The notes under the pieces were generated by a model. The model did no database searches and had not been told where the DNA came from. It saw only the letters and a list, made by a program, of their open reading frames with translations. DNA of 50,966 nt, counting the filler, from Stramenopiles sp. TOSAG23-3 (Eukaryota): assembly GCA_900128585.1 (NCBI GenBank). It is 4 parts of 4 records of this genome, joined end to end, with 100 filler letters (N's around TTAATTAATTAA, not from the genome) between each part and the next. Parts side by side here need not be neighbours in the genome. Positions count along the whole stretch, not along the records: positions 23,591 to 46,747 come from LT642317.1; 3 more parts are not named here. One strand, given 5' to 3'. Made by a program: the position numbers and the translations under genes. How positions within the stretch are numbered: the stretch's first letter is position 1; each line of letters starts with the position of its first letter. Shown piece after piece: positions 28,047-39,375 of the stretch.

Positions 28047-29149
28047 ATGTACTCCCAAATGTTACGTGGTCTTTCGGGTAGGCTTCTCCCGAGAAACAGG
28101 CGGCTTCGTTTTGCTTCTGCGGTTGCTGGAGCGACGGTTGCCGGGCTAACCACTACCTTCATCGCAAACGCCAAGGGGGGGGGGGGGGGGGGGGCGTGCC
28201 CACGTTCGAGTTAGGCAAAACGCGATATACACAGGAAACGTTTGAAGGCCGTCTGAAGACTATTTTAAATCAAATTGACCCTCGCACCCTGCTTATATCC
28301 GACGAAGAACTTGCCAGTGCCCAAACACTGCTACAGCGTTTCAAGGATAGTGAAATAAAGCCGTCGGAGCATGTGACAGACGAAGACTTGTGGACCGCAA
28401 AGGCAACGGTCGATGCGATTATTCACGCACCAACGGGGGAGAAAATGTTTGGCCCAGGCCGCATGTCGGCATTTGTACTAATGAACACTCCCACCCTTAT
28501 CGGAATGTTGGTTCACGGTCCCACGAGCACTGCGGCAGGAATGTTTTGGCAGGTAATGAATCAAAGCTATAACGTTATGAACAACTACGTAAACCGCGCA
28601 GGCCGAGAAGTAGATAATGCCTCCATACTACGGTCGTATGCGATGGGCGTGAGTGTAGCATGCGGTCTTGTCTTTGCCTCAAACAAAATTCTTGCACGAA
28701 ACCCAGCATTAAAGCGGTTTGGAATTTTAATTCCCTACCTTGCTGTGTGCGCTGCGGGGTCATGCAACATTGGTTTCACCCGGATGGACGAGATACAAAA
28801 CGGTGTGAATGTTTGCACCGCAGATGGCGAGAGCGTTGGTACCTCGGTAGCCGCTGGAAGGCTTGCAGTAGGACAAACCATCTTGACGCGAGGCCTGGGG
28901 CTACCGATCGTCCCCATGTTACTTCCACCACTGATTATGAAAGCAGCTGCTCTTAACCCTGGTGGCGCCGCGCTAATGCTGGAAATTTCAGTAATCACGA
29001 TGTGCATGAGCTGTGCACTGCCTGCAGCGCTAGCGATCTTGCCTCAGCGCATGGAGTTGAAGACGGGCAGTTTGGAAGAGCAGTTCCAAGATTTGAAAGA
29101 TAAGGACGGGAATCGTATACAGTTCCTCTACGCAGAAAAAGGTCTGTAA
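28047..29149 (+). CDS. SFXN: Sideroflexin (mitochondrial tricarboxylate/serine carrier family); N-terminal presequence is out of frame across a G20 run
   Basis: Motifs RYTQETFEGR, IDPRTLL, GRMSAF, FWQVMNQSYNVMNNYVNR, ALAILPQ and terminal KGL. ATG 28047 gives an Arg-rich MYSQMLRGLSGRLLPRNRRLRFAS; G run at 28175-28194. Confidence 0.88.
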
Positions 29150-29242
29150 AAGTAAATAGATGCAGCGAGTGTTAGAGGAAAAAAGGTAAAAATTACTCGT
29201 ACATATTCCTGTTAAAAGTTTAGTGTAAAATTCGCAATTTTT

Positions 29243-30703
29243 TTAACGCAACCTGCTGTTCGACGTCCCGTTTCCTTCGTCCCCATTGACACTATCGTCA
29301 ATGTGCTTTATCTTATTCGACAGATCTGCCAACGTTGGTTGGGTTAGAGGGTCAGGGTTGGTTGCATTCCCATCGGAGTTTGTTCTTGGAACATGAGCCG
29401 GGGGTCTATTTGGTCGTGATGGGGTGTTGCGAAATGAGCGAGACGGGGCAGTCGTATCCGATCGCGTTGCACCACCGCCATTTCCCCCAGCTTCAGTCTT
29501 GTTTGTTAAGGTTTGAACGGCGTCTAGGTGAGTTGGAGCTCTGTCTGGGCGAGTTGGGGCTGCCGTATCAGGGCGGGCTGGGGCAGTCATCTCCGATCGC
29601 GTTGCACCGCCGCCATTTCTCCCAGCTACAGTCTTGTTTGTCGAGGTTTGAACGGCTTCGGGGCGAGCTGGAGCTGGCGCATCAGGGCGGACTGGGGCAC
29701 TTACCTGTGGCCGAGTGGCACCGCCGTGCCCTTCGGTCGTTTTGTTCGAGTCCGGTTTTACTGGGTTTACCGCGTCTGGTCGCTCAGGCGCCGGTGTGTC
29801 CGGCCGTGCTGGGGTTGGGGGGTCAGGGCGTGTTGAACCGCTTGTTTCGTTTTCTCCCGTCTTGTTTACCGACGGCGGGACTGGATTCACCACATTTGGT
29901 CGGTCGGGCGTGGGCTTATCAGGCTGCGCTGGAGTCGGAATTGTAGGGCGTGAAGCGCCCTTGCATGACCTTCGTGCGGGCGTTTTGCACTGTCTTTTCT
30001 CTCCACGGGCTCGTTTTATGTAGTCGCCGATGTCTTTGTTTCTTAGGGCATATGCATACTCGTCCGCGGTGCCATGCAATGATTTTAACTCTAGATCGGC
30101 ACAGTAAGCGACCAGTAGTTTAACTGAATCCAGCAGCCCCATGGCGCCTGCCAACATAAGAGGGGTTAACCGCAAATCACTCTGTGCATTGATGTTAGCC
30201 CCATGGTTAATCAGAGCTTCCAAAATCTGGTTCTTTCCTCGATTAGCCGCCCACATAATCGGCGTCCAACCCGATTTATCCCTGTACCCATCGACATTTA
30301 CGTCTTGGTGCTGACACAAAAACTTGTCAATTGTATCTACCGTGGACGTTCGGCTTATGAAGTAAACCTTCCGCTCCGGCGAAACTTTCTCGTCGTTGAT
30401 GTGGTGCTTGTGCATATGATACAAGACTTTGTGGTTGGCGCTATGTAAAATGTCTATCAGTTCCCCTTCATGTGGCCTTTCTAGTTTTGCAATGCCGTAT
30501 TCATCTACTTCGTGCATTTTTGCTAGCCCCAAATGGTGTTTCAGGTCCGCTGTATCTTCCGTTTGGTGTTTAATATAGGGGTGCCTTGGGTACTTCTTCG
30601 GCGGCGCATGGTTCCTAAGCAAGGCGCTGCTTCCCTCCACTGAGCAACGCATTAACTGAACGAACATCACCATCATGAAATATAGTACCATAGTGCAACC
30701 CAT
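29243..30703 (-). CDS. Ankyrin-repeat protein with signal peptide and Pro/Thr-rich repetitive tail
   Basis: GWTPIMWAANRG...LINHGANINAQ and LTPLMLAGAMG ankyrin motifs; hydrophobic N-terminus from ATG 30703; four tail repeats each containing NKT. Confidence 0.85.
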   Translation of the reverse strand: MGCTMVLYFMMVMFVQLMRCSVEGSSALLRNHAPPKKYPRHPYIKHQTEDTADLKHHLGLAKMHEVDEYGIAKLERPHEGELIDILHSANHKVLYHMHKHHINDEKVSPERKVYFISRTSTVDTIDKFLCQHQDVNVDGYRDKSGWTPIMWAANRGKNQILEALINHGANINAQSDLRLTPLMLAGAMGLLDSVKLLVAYCADLELKSLHGTADEYAYALRNKDIGDYIKRARGEKRQCKTPARRSCKGASRPTIPTPAQPDKPTPDRPNVVNPVPPSVNKTGENETSGSTRPDPPTPARPDTPAPERPDAVNPVKPDSNKTTEGHGGATRPQVSAPVRPDAPAPARPEAVQTSTNKTVAGRNGGGATRSEMTAPARPDTAAPTRPDRAPTHLDAVQTLTNKTEAGGNGGGATRSDTTAPSRSFRNTPSRPNRPPAHVPRTNSDGNATNPDPLTQPTLADLSNKIKHIDDSVNGDEGNGTSNSRLR

Positions 30704-31386
30704 GAACAACACTTCCTTCCAGTTCAATTCTCCGAAATTATTCTTTCAAAGCTGAAATCCCTCTAAATATATATACCCGCCTCTATCTCTCTCTCCCTAT
30801 CTCTCTCTAAGAAATTGATTGAATGAACCAATATAAACCGATTCATTTCCCGTCATTACATGCAATCATTGATCATTGGTCATTACGCTTTTTCATTCAC
30901 TTTTTTTAAAAAAATTATAATTTTTTATTAATAATAATTTAAATTATATTATTGTGTTGTTGCCCCCCCCCCCTTCTTTTCCTTTACACTAAATAACCCA
31001 AGTAAAACGCCGCCTCCTTTCACGTAAGGTATTTAAATACAATATAGCATGGTGATAACACCATTTCAGATTGCCGTAGTAAGTATCATGGTGAAAAACA
31101 ATATTTGTGATTCAATAAAAAATATTATAATACTCCTTAATTCTTAAAATAAAAATATATGACCATTTCGTAGTATTAAATATAATTAATATTAATAATA
31201 CCAAACAAGTAATATCAAATAATGGGGAACATTTTGCATTTTACATTTTACATTTTTCATTTTACATACATATTACAATTTTTGGTTTGAAAATTGTGTG
31301 TGAAATTCAGAAAAGAAGGCCAGTATAGTGTAGCGTGGATCTCCGCACCATATTACCTCTCTATCCCAACATCGTACCAAACGATC

Positions 31387-32364
31387 ATGAAGAGTGTTTT
31401 TGTCGTTGTTTTTTTGCTTGTTTCAAGCGTTGCTTTTTCTGTAGCGAACGTGGAGGAAAGCTTCGATGAGGAGATTGCAGGGCTCCAGGATGGGGGCGTA
31501 GGGCATAGTGAGAAAAAGACCAGGGAAAAGATGGTCACTATCGGAGATGAAAAATTTGGTGGCGCTCCGTATACTGGATGGGAAGCGGGAGACCCAGAAT
31601 CTCTCATGGCAGCAGCCGAGGCCATGGGAAGGCATCACTCGGTCCCAATCCCCCACCCCAAAGAGAGAGGGAGAAAGTTCACGTACTGGAATGTCCTTCT
31701 TGACAGCTCCGAAGAGATTACGTTTCGCTTGGATAAGATCCTGTCGTTTTACAACGAAGAAATCGTCGGTGCAGACGGCGAATCCGACTCCAATTTTGTT
31801 GAAGTGCTGAAGAATATTCAAGGACGGATTTTGGACTTAAAGCTAGCCTTTACAAAATCAGAGTGGCCAGAGTTTTTAGTGTGGAGCACGGCCAACCGTT
31901 TGCAACAAAAATCCATCCGGTTTGAGCCTGCCGACGAAACGGTGCCCTTGGTGCATCGCGGATTCGACGTATGGGACTTTTTTGTGACGGACATTGTCGG
32001 CAAGAGCTGCAATTGGGACAATTTTCCTATTAAAATTGACCAATTGCTGTTCTTGGAGCTCTACTGCAAGAAGTATACGGATATCGTGAAAGACAGCTCG
32101 ACGAAAACGTACGACTGCCAGTCGTTCAAATTCCAAGAAACGCTCCGCATAGAAGCTGTCGCATTTTCCCTACCAGTGCATGCTACGCACGGAGTGAAGA
32201 ACCTGCTAAAAGCCATGAACGAAGATCTCCCCACCGATGATAGGATCCACCTGTTTACGTCAGGCTATCAACATATCACGCGATGGGACACTTTGGAAGA
32301 CGGTGTCATCGCGAATTTGGCGCATTCCAAGAGGGCTCGAGAATTGTTTCATGGGGATTTGTGA
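31387..32364 (+). CDS. Uncharacterised secretory-pathway protein with C-terminal HGDL (ER-retention-like)
   Basis: Signal peptide MKSVFVVVFLLVSSVAFS from ATG 31387; protein ends ELFHGDL*. Confidence 0.78.
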   Translation: MKSVFVVVFLLVSSVAFSVANVEESFDEEIAGLQDGGVGHSEKKTREKMVTIGDEKFGGAPYTGWEAGDPESLMAAAEAMGRHHSVPIPHPKERGRKFTYWNVLLDSSEEITFRLDKILSFYNEEIVGADGESDSNFVEVLKNIQGRILDLKLAFTKSEWPEFLVWSTANRLQQKSIRFEPADETVPLVHRGFDVWDFFVTDIVGKSCNWDNFPIKIDQLLFLELYCKKYTDIVKDSSTKTYDCQSFKFQETLRIEAVAFSLPVHATHGVKNLLKAMNEDLPTDDRIHLFTSGYQHITRWDTLEDGVIANLAHSKRARELFHGDL

Positions 32365-32623
32365 GCACCACGGAGAAAAAATATATTTTGTGTAGGGGAA
32401 TGGAACCTGGAAATCAATGAAAACATGCTCCTGCTCGCATGGTCGGGGTTAGAAAGGCATCAACATTAAGTGCACCACCTCTTAAAATTTAAAAGAAGAG
32501 GCCCTGATGATACTTCCAGTATCATATGATAAAAATAATTTTTTACAAAAGCACCGGCGGTTCGTAAAAAAACACTATTTTCAGACGAAAAATTTACTTA
32601 ATATGTCCCCTAATTTTGCTTCC

Positions 32624-33013
32624 CTACTGCATCGCTGCGGCCTGGGCCTGCATCTTTTCTTGGAGGGCGCGCTGCATGCCCATGATTTTGGCAGAAAGAT
32701 CCTGGGCATTTTTAGTTTTTGTTGCTACTAGGTTATCCACTCGCTTCACGTCTTTTTCAATGTATTCCAACCTCTTTGCTACGTTGTCCTTTGCGGCGCT
32801 AAATTCTTGAAGGACAAGTACTGGACCAACCATTTTATAGATTTTGGCACTGTCATCCAATATGTCCATCTCTGCCTTCACCATGTTGTTTTCATTTAAC
32901 TGCGACGTGAGCGTTTGGTGCTTAGCTTGCAATTGGGCTATTTCTTTTTCCATGTCTCTCATAATTTTCACCTCGGCCTCAATTTCCGGGGATACGGCTT
33001 GGTTGCTTGCCAT
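32624..33013 (-). CDS. PFDN6: Prefoldin subunit 6 (beta type)
   Basis: QLNENNMVKAE...IYKMVGPVLV.QE...AKDNVAKRLEYI; 129 aa. Confidence 0.93.
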   Translation of the reverse strand: MASNQAVSPEIEAEVKIMRDMEKEIAQLQAKHQTLTSQLNENNMVKAEMDILDDSAKIYKMVGPVLVLQEFSAAKDNVAKRLEYIEKDVKRVDNLVATKTKNAQDLSAKIMGMQRALQEKMQAQAAAMQ

Positions 33014-33822
33014 GGTCGTCTTGTCTGGTATTTATTTGTTTACTTCGCTACGGTCGGTCGGTAATAATTCAACAAAAAGTTCCTTTTTCTTCTTCTATCT
33101 TTGAAAGTAAACGATGGAACGTATCGTCCGAAATCTTACCTATCGAAGAACACTTGTTCCGTCTACAATGAAACTAAAATCAATTCATTAGATTGAATAT
33201 TAATATTAAATTCAATTAGTCTTCTTCTTCTTCTTCTCATTTATTATTATTTTTTATAATAATAATAATTGTTTTTATGCTGTTGTGTTGCTGCTTCTCC
33301 TCTTCCTTCTTCTTCTTTCTTGTTTGTTTGTTGTTGTTGTTGAAATAATAATATATCTAAAATAAAACATATTTTATTATTATTATGAAATTGAAATGTT
33401 GGTTTCAACTTTCTTCTATTTTCTCCTTATCTACTTGTTTCTCTGATGTTGTAAGTAGTCTATCCATTGGGCATTTTAGTTTTTAAAATATCGAATTTCC
33501 TTTTCTTTCTTCTTTTCTTCGATTATTTATTGCTTTCTTGATTTTAATATAAGAAGCTAATATGAACACAACATCGCAACGCAATTCTTTTTGAATGGTT
33601 GTGGGATTGTAAAAGAAGATAGCATAGGATCAAATACTTCCTTCCTTCCTTCATCACTACTATTTTCGAATTAGCACTTGATATTATATACATTACATAG
33701 CATTAATGCTATGATAATGTATTTATAAATATAAGTTAATATTAGGGTTTTTAAAATTCTTTTTCTTTTTCATTATTCCGTTGAGGTAAATATACTATAA
33801 TAAGTGAGGGTTGAACTGCAAT

Positions 33823-34138
33823 GCAAGAGAGAGAAGAGAGAGAGAGAGAGAGAAGAAGAGAGACTAGAAGAGATGATTACATTAGTCGTTCTATAATTTA
33901 GAGAACGAGAGAACGAGAGAACGAGAGAACGAGAAGAGAAGAAGGAAGAAACGAGACGAGCTGGCTGATTTTTGTAAACCGATGATCATTGTTGTTATTA
34001 ATTAGTCTAGTATTTTATAGACGATTAGTTATTTATTGCTTAAAATACTAACCATTTATCTATCAAATGACGACAACCTTCCTTCCTTCCAGTTTATCTC
34101 CTCCTTCCCAAGCCCCCCCCCCCCCCCCCCCCCCCCCC
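33823..34138. repeat. GA-rich microsatellites, (GAGAACGA)4 and a C26 homopolymer
   Basis: Seen directly: GA tract ~33825-33860, 8-mer repeats 33901-33933, poly-C 34113-34138. Confidence 0.9.
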
Positions 34139-34514
34139 ACCCACACAAGACAAGGCAAGCAGGCCTCTGTCGTTTTGCTACCGTTACTCTTGAACTCCTC
34201 CAACACATACACACAACAAGAACACAAGCTGGGCTGAATATGTTTTATTCCACCAGTCGTCCTGCTGCTGTTGTTAATAATAGAGACTAATAATAATAAT
34301 AATAAATAAGAAGAAGAAGGGACGAATAATTGTTGTTAATTTAGGTGGGGGGAGTGTACATTATAATATCAATGCCAGGGTTGGTCGCCATTGATGAGTG
34401 ATCAAGTAAGAAAGAAATTGAAAAGCCAAAACCACCATTCGTTCTTTCTTGACCATTATTTTTTAGCGTTAGCCGTTGCAATACGTTAATAGACTGGCAG
34501 CAGTCGAAAGAATA

Positions 34515-35273
34515 ATGTCACTGGAGAGCTCTTTGGAGCTTTTGAAGGAAGCACTCTCCCGTTACCAAGCGTTGAACTACCTTTCGAAGAAAGATGTGAA
34601 CTACCAAAAGCCAGGGGTGGCGAAGCCGACAATGACGCATGCAAAAGAGGTGGAATTGTATTTAAATATTGCGGAGTGTAAGCGCCTCATGGCCACCCAA
34701 ATACCTGAAAATGATATAGAAAAAAAGGTAGAACTTTTGAAGGAAGCCGCGAACGACGTACACTGTGGGCACCTGATTTCGAAAAAGTTACCCGTGGAAA
34801 CAGATAGGGACAAAAAAATAGGGAAACGGACAGAAGCTCGGGTAATGGAACATTTTGGAAAAGTTTACGCGACCGCAGACCTCTACTTTGCGGGTAAGAC
34901 GTCGTACAAAATGGCCACCTCCTTGTACAAAGAGATCCATGACAGCGAAGGCCAAGCGTCGGTTTTAGTAAAGCAAACAAAACTCGAACTAGAACACGAC
35001 AGGGTCGGCGTTATATTGGAGAAGATGAAAGTGCTAAAGGAACAAGGCAACCTGGAAGAGCAACAACTGCGAAATGTATTTAACAAGCACGACGTAGATG
35101 GGAGTGGAGAAATAGACGTAGAAGAGTTTAAAGGCCTGGCAACAGACTTAGGCACGGTCCCAGAATTGACGGACGAAGAAGTCGCAGAGGCAGTTTCACA
35201 GATTGATAAATCCAATGATGCAGAATTTTCTTTCGAGGAGTTGTGGACCTGGTGGATCCAAGACAAATTGTAA
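34515..35273 (+). CDS. EF-hand pair protein with helical (TPR-like) N-terminal region
   Basis: Loops DVDGSGEIDVEE and DKSNDAEFSFEE; first ATG at 34515. Confidence 0.85.
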   Translation: MSLESSLELLKEALSRYQALNYLSKKDVNYQKPGVAKPTMTHAKEVELYLNIAECKRLMATQIPENDIEKKVELLKEAANDVHCGHLISKKLPVETDRDKKIGKRTEARVMEHFGKVYATADLYFAGKTSYKMATSLYKEIHDSEGQASVLVKQTKLELEHDRVGVILEKMKVLKEQGNLEEQQLRNVFNKHDVDGSGEIDVEEFKGLATDLGTVPELTDEEVAEAVSQIDKSNDAEFSFEELWTWWIQDKL

Positions 35274-35947
35274 AACGGAACGGCGGGACACGACACGAGT
35301 GGGTCGAAACGAGATGATGCAATATCTCGTTCTACTTTATAATTTTAAAGCACATTTATTAAATTTCTCTTTTAATTTTTTAATAAATAAAATAATTTTT
35401 AATCTTTTTTTTAAATATTATAACAGCCAATTTTCTTGTTTTTAAATATTATTTCTTCTCATCAGCAGAATTATTTTCAATATAATAACGCCAGCAGCGA
35501 GCAGAGAGGAGGAGAGCAGGCCATTCGTAATAACATTGGATGGCACTGAAGAGCCGTTACAGCAGCATCATTACACCATTCTTCATGTCGTCGTTATTTA
35601 TATGTTGTACGTTTTTATGTGTACGTATATTATATAGCTTTTTATAAATAAAGAACAGTGGTGTTACGACAGAAGAAGAAGTAAGAAGAAAATATGAAGA
35701 AGAGTATTTTATTTTTTTAAATAATAATACTTCTTCCTACATAATTATTATGGTAAGGATTAACTCAAGCAAGAAGAAGGGAGTGAAATAGGAGATGTTG
35801 AACGGTACCCACGGATAACAACTTGAAATGGACACCAATGTTTAAACCATTTTTCATGCAGAAACGACTAAACGACAGGGAGGTTAACCCCAGGGATTTC
35901 AAACCGCTTCTGTGCAACGCGAGAGATTATCCATTGTATAGACAGCG

Positions 35948-38900
35948 ATGAACGAGATTTACGCAGAAAAGGAAATGTTGACCCCAAGAAAAAGGTTTAT
36001 TCTGACCTTGCCTCAGATGGAGACTACCTCGAGCCCGGTCTCTCCCGAACCAGACGAGGCGGAGTCCAAAACGGGGGATAGGATGAGTATGAAGGCCATG
36101 ATGAAAATTTTAAAATTCAAGAATGTTCTTTTGAAGAAAACAAAGGAGGCACAGGTGCGACATCAGGCAATGAGAGCGGAGGCTAATAGAGCACTTTTGG
36201 CACTAAAAGTGACAAATAAGTTGAGGAAGAAAACAAAAAAACGAACGGTCTCCCAGGCTGAAAACGATTACAAATTGTCGGGCGATTTGTCGTTTTATAC
36301 GGATGAAAATATAGCAAAACGTGAACATATTTTGCAGCATATCGACGTCCAACACGCATTACTAATGTGGTGGGCAGTGGTCAAGAATAGACATAGCAAG
36401 GATCCATCTCAACCCGCATTGAACAAAATAGAATACCTTGAATTTCATTTTGCTTTATACAATGTCTTCAATAAAAGCGCAAAAAAGGACGATTCTGAAT
36501 GGCGAAAAGTTGCCGAGGAAGACTGGGACCACGACTGCAAAGAGCACGGCGCCTTCACAGAGAGTCGGTTTAAGTCGTCGCTGTTTGAACTCGCAGATAT
36601 TTGGTGCGAGACAATAACTGTGAAAGATTATGTAGATTTTATCAATTACGCAATGACTCGAATGTGCGAGTTGGACAGAGAAAACAGCCAGGTCAATATT
36701 CTCAATAGAGACAATTCTCAAATACGAGTCCCTTCGTATTTGCACGGCATAGTTTCCTCATTTGCAGACACAATCGAAAGAGAGGACAGTACCACAACAG
36801 AATCGCTAGGGGACCGATTATACACCGGGTTGCAGAACATGCAATTAGAAGATATGAAAATAGAATTTTTGCGCGCAGCAGAATCAGGAAATGCGCTGGG
36901 CCTGGCTGAATTTCACAGCGTTTTGGTGGAGCGGCTTGGGATACATATCAGCGAGGAGGAAGCGAACAGACTCTTTGCTTTGTGTGATGTAGACGACAGC
37001 AAATCAATCGATTTTAGAGAATTTTTAGTTGCTGCACAAGTGCTTATGCACAATTACAAACCTGAAACCTATGACAAAAGCACTGTGCTGCAAAATGCGT
37101 TCGATATTTACAAAGTTGAAGATCCAGGGGTCATATCAACCGGCAACTTCTTGACAGTAATGGACATGTGCGGACTAGGGGACGAACAATACAAACAAAG
37201 TGGCAATCCGGAAGCTGGTCCGTCACCAGGTGCACGCCCAGTATACAGCGACCGTGTTAACATGACGCAATTTTCGCAATTGTCTTCCAGCCCGAAGTCA
37301 ATTTTGGCGGAGATACGCAGAAGCAGTTTGGGGATTATATTTGTTCCGGAACAGGCCAGTACGTTTAAGTTGAAGGAGCCTCTAAAAGATCCTGGAGAAG
37401 AAGATGAGGTTGCGAGGGCGAAAGTCTCGCATCAAGACGATTCTGGCTTGAAGATCAAACCGCTTAGCAGATTTGAAAAGCTGCACTATGGCATAGCCTT
37501 ACGTGGCAAGTCACGGTCGCGGAGGGGCTTAACCAATAGCGAAGTCATGGAAGAGCTTCGAAAAGTTCAAATGAAGAGGATGAATAAGCGGATGAAGCCT
37601 GCGGTCCTCCCGAACGTGCACGTGAACGAATGGACCAAATGGCACAAGCCAGGAGACCAACAATTGCTATTGAGCAACGAAGTTTGCGCCAAAGTATTGG
37701 AACGCTCAGGTTGCTCCCCGGTGGCCCTAAGCCCCTCTACGATGGAGAGGTTGCAGCGAGTAAACCAGACGCATGGCCACATTGGCCATGGTAAAGACGA
37801 CCCGAACCACCTCACTTGCACCATGATGTCTCGCCCGTTGCGAGGTGTTGGGAAAGCGGAGCAAGCCATTGGTAATAGCAAACTACAGAAAGAACGACTG
37901 GAAGAACTAAACCAAAGTTCACTGAATTGGATAACAGGGAATGTCGTACTGGACCGTGCTGTGACTTCCCCACGAATGAATACCGGGACAGACTCCATTC
38001 GCCGCCCTTTGTCTGTGTCGCTCCCGCTCAAACAACAAATGGAAAAAAAGGTGGTTTTTAGCGACGAGGAATTGTTTAACTTGGGCCAATATCTACCACA
38101 GGAGGGAAGAGGCAACACTGCCGATAGTGATGGGCTACTGAGCAGTCGGCCTGCATCCCCTACTTTAGATCTCAACATGCGCGATGGCCGCAACAATACT
38201 GGCAGTCAAAAATTTGCATACCTCCAAAAACCGAAAACGGCAGCTTTGGGGGGGAGAAATCGTAGACCAATGGACCAGTCAGCATCGGCCCCACTGCTAA
38301 TGCGGCCCAGCACTACGGTGGGAATTTCGTCTTCGGAATCAGCTAACATGCTATTGAGATCGCCGCCTACTCCATTCGCAGGCAATAGGTTCGAAGAAAC
38401 GTCTGATGCTGTTCCTTCAATCCATGCATTACCAGTTGTGAAATTTCGTTACAGTAAACCCATGTCCAAGCGCCAAAAGAAGTTTGGAAAACCTTTCAAA
38501 CTGCCAAGGCCAAAATCAAAGCGCAAGCAGCGCGAAGATGCGTCTCATATTGTAGAGGAGGCACCTGCCACCCCTCGGAAAGGGGTCAACGACTGCAACC
38601 AATTTATTGTTGCTAGTCGGACGCTTTCCCTTCACGAAAGTGAAGTGCCAGAGGACCCTTTGGTTTGGGCAGACCCAATATGGGACCAGGACAAAAGCAA
38701 GGTAAGCATGGAGATAGTATATCGTGAGCAGATGGCCTCTAGAAGTGGGATTCGCCCTGGGACGTCGGGAAACCAGACATTGGAAGGGCCTGTGCAATCG
38801 CGAGGACTCGTTGGGACTAATGAGCCCGCCGTGTCGCACAGCGCACGGTATTCTAATTTTCAGAACGATAGGTTCGCCAGCGGCTCGCCGAGCACGCACG

Positions 38901-39055
38901 ATAAGTTACGAGCCCAGTTTCTTCGATCGAACACGCCCTTGCACGAGCGGCAAATCACTGCAATGGGCAATCTGCGAACACGGCGGCGGTCCGGCCAATT
39001 GGCCGCCATGCAATTGCCAGGAATGACATTGGCACTCGATCCCGCAAAGAATTAG
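35948..39055 (+). CDS. Large EF-hand-containing protein (1035 aa) with long disordered C-terminus
   Basis: EF loop DVDDSKSIDFRE; ordered block AEEDWDHD...FKSSLFELADIWCE; Ser/Pro/Arg-rich tail. Confidence 0.82.
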   Translation: MNEIYAEKEMLTPRKRFILTLPQMETTSSPVSPEPDEAESKTGDRMSMKAMMKILKFKNVLLKKTKEAQVRHQAMRAEANRALLALKVTNKLRKKTKKRTVSQAENDYKLSGDLSFYTDENIAKREHILQHIDVQHALLMWWAVVKNRHSKDPSQPALNKIEYLEFHFALYNVFNKSAKKDDSEWRKVAEEDWDHDCKEHGAFTESRFKSSLFELADIWCETITVKDYVDFINYAMTRMCELDRENSQVNILNRDNSQIRVPSYLHGIVSSFADTIEREDSTTTESLGDRLYTGLQNMQLEDMKIEFLRAAESGNALGLAEFHSVLVERLGIHISEEEANRLFALCDVDDSKSIDFREFLVAAQVLMHNYKPETYDKSTVLQNAFDIYKVEDPGVISTGNFLTVMDMCGLGDEQYKQSGNPEAGPSPGARPVYSDRVNMTQFSQLSSSPKSILAEIRRSSLGIIFVPEQASTFKLKEPLKDPGEEDEVARAKVSHQDDSGLKIKPLSRFEKLHYGIALRGKSRSRRGLTNSEVMEELRKVQMKRMNKRMKPAVLPNVHVNEWTKWHKPGDQQLLLSNEVCAKVLERSGCSPVALSPSTMERLQRVNQTHGHIGHGKDDPNHLTCTMMSRPLRGVGKAEQAIGNSKLQKERLEELNQSSLNWITGNVVLDRAVTSPRMNTGTDSIRRPLSVSLPLKQQMEKKVVFSDEELFNLGQYLPQEGRGNTADSDGLLSSRPASPTLDLNMRDGRNNTGSQKFAYLQKPKTAALGGRNRRPMDQSASAPLLMRPSTTVGISSSESANMLLRSPPTPFAGNRFEETSDAVPSIHALPVVKFRYSKPMSKRQKKFGKPFKLPRPKSKRKQREDASHIVEEAPATPRKGVNDCNQFIVASRTLSLHESEVPEDPLVWADPIWDQDKSKVSMEIVYREQMASRSGIRPGTSGNQTLEGPVQSRGLVGTNEPAVSHSARYSNFQNDRFASGSPSTHDKLRAQFLRSNTPLHERQITAMGNLRTRRRSGQLAAMQLPGMTLALDPAKN

Positions 39056-39375
39056 TTTAAGTTTTTATTTTTGTTTTTACGAAACACCCTTCTTCTAGAT
39101 ATATGCTTATATATGACATGATAGTCAAGACTAAATGGCAAGGGTATATTGATCACTAAAATCACAACAGTTGAGATCAGTTCGCAGTACACGAAACGAG
39201 GAAGCTAAATTTTAATTAACTCGGTCTAAATGTACAGCCAATTTTTTGTTTTTAAAAATATAACACAGGATTTGAAGTAGAGTAATTGATTTAAAATGAG
39301 AGTCTTAAAACATACTATATAATTTGTTTTTTGATTTAAGTAAACATAAAATTATTAAACAAAGTATTTGGTATT

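Noticed and set aside
34406-34467. Possible GTAAGA...TTTTAG intron upstream of the EF-hand gene
   Set aside because: No coding upstream exon could be joined convincingly; at most a 5'-UTR intron, and unverifiable here.
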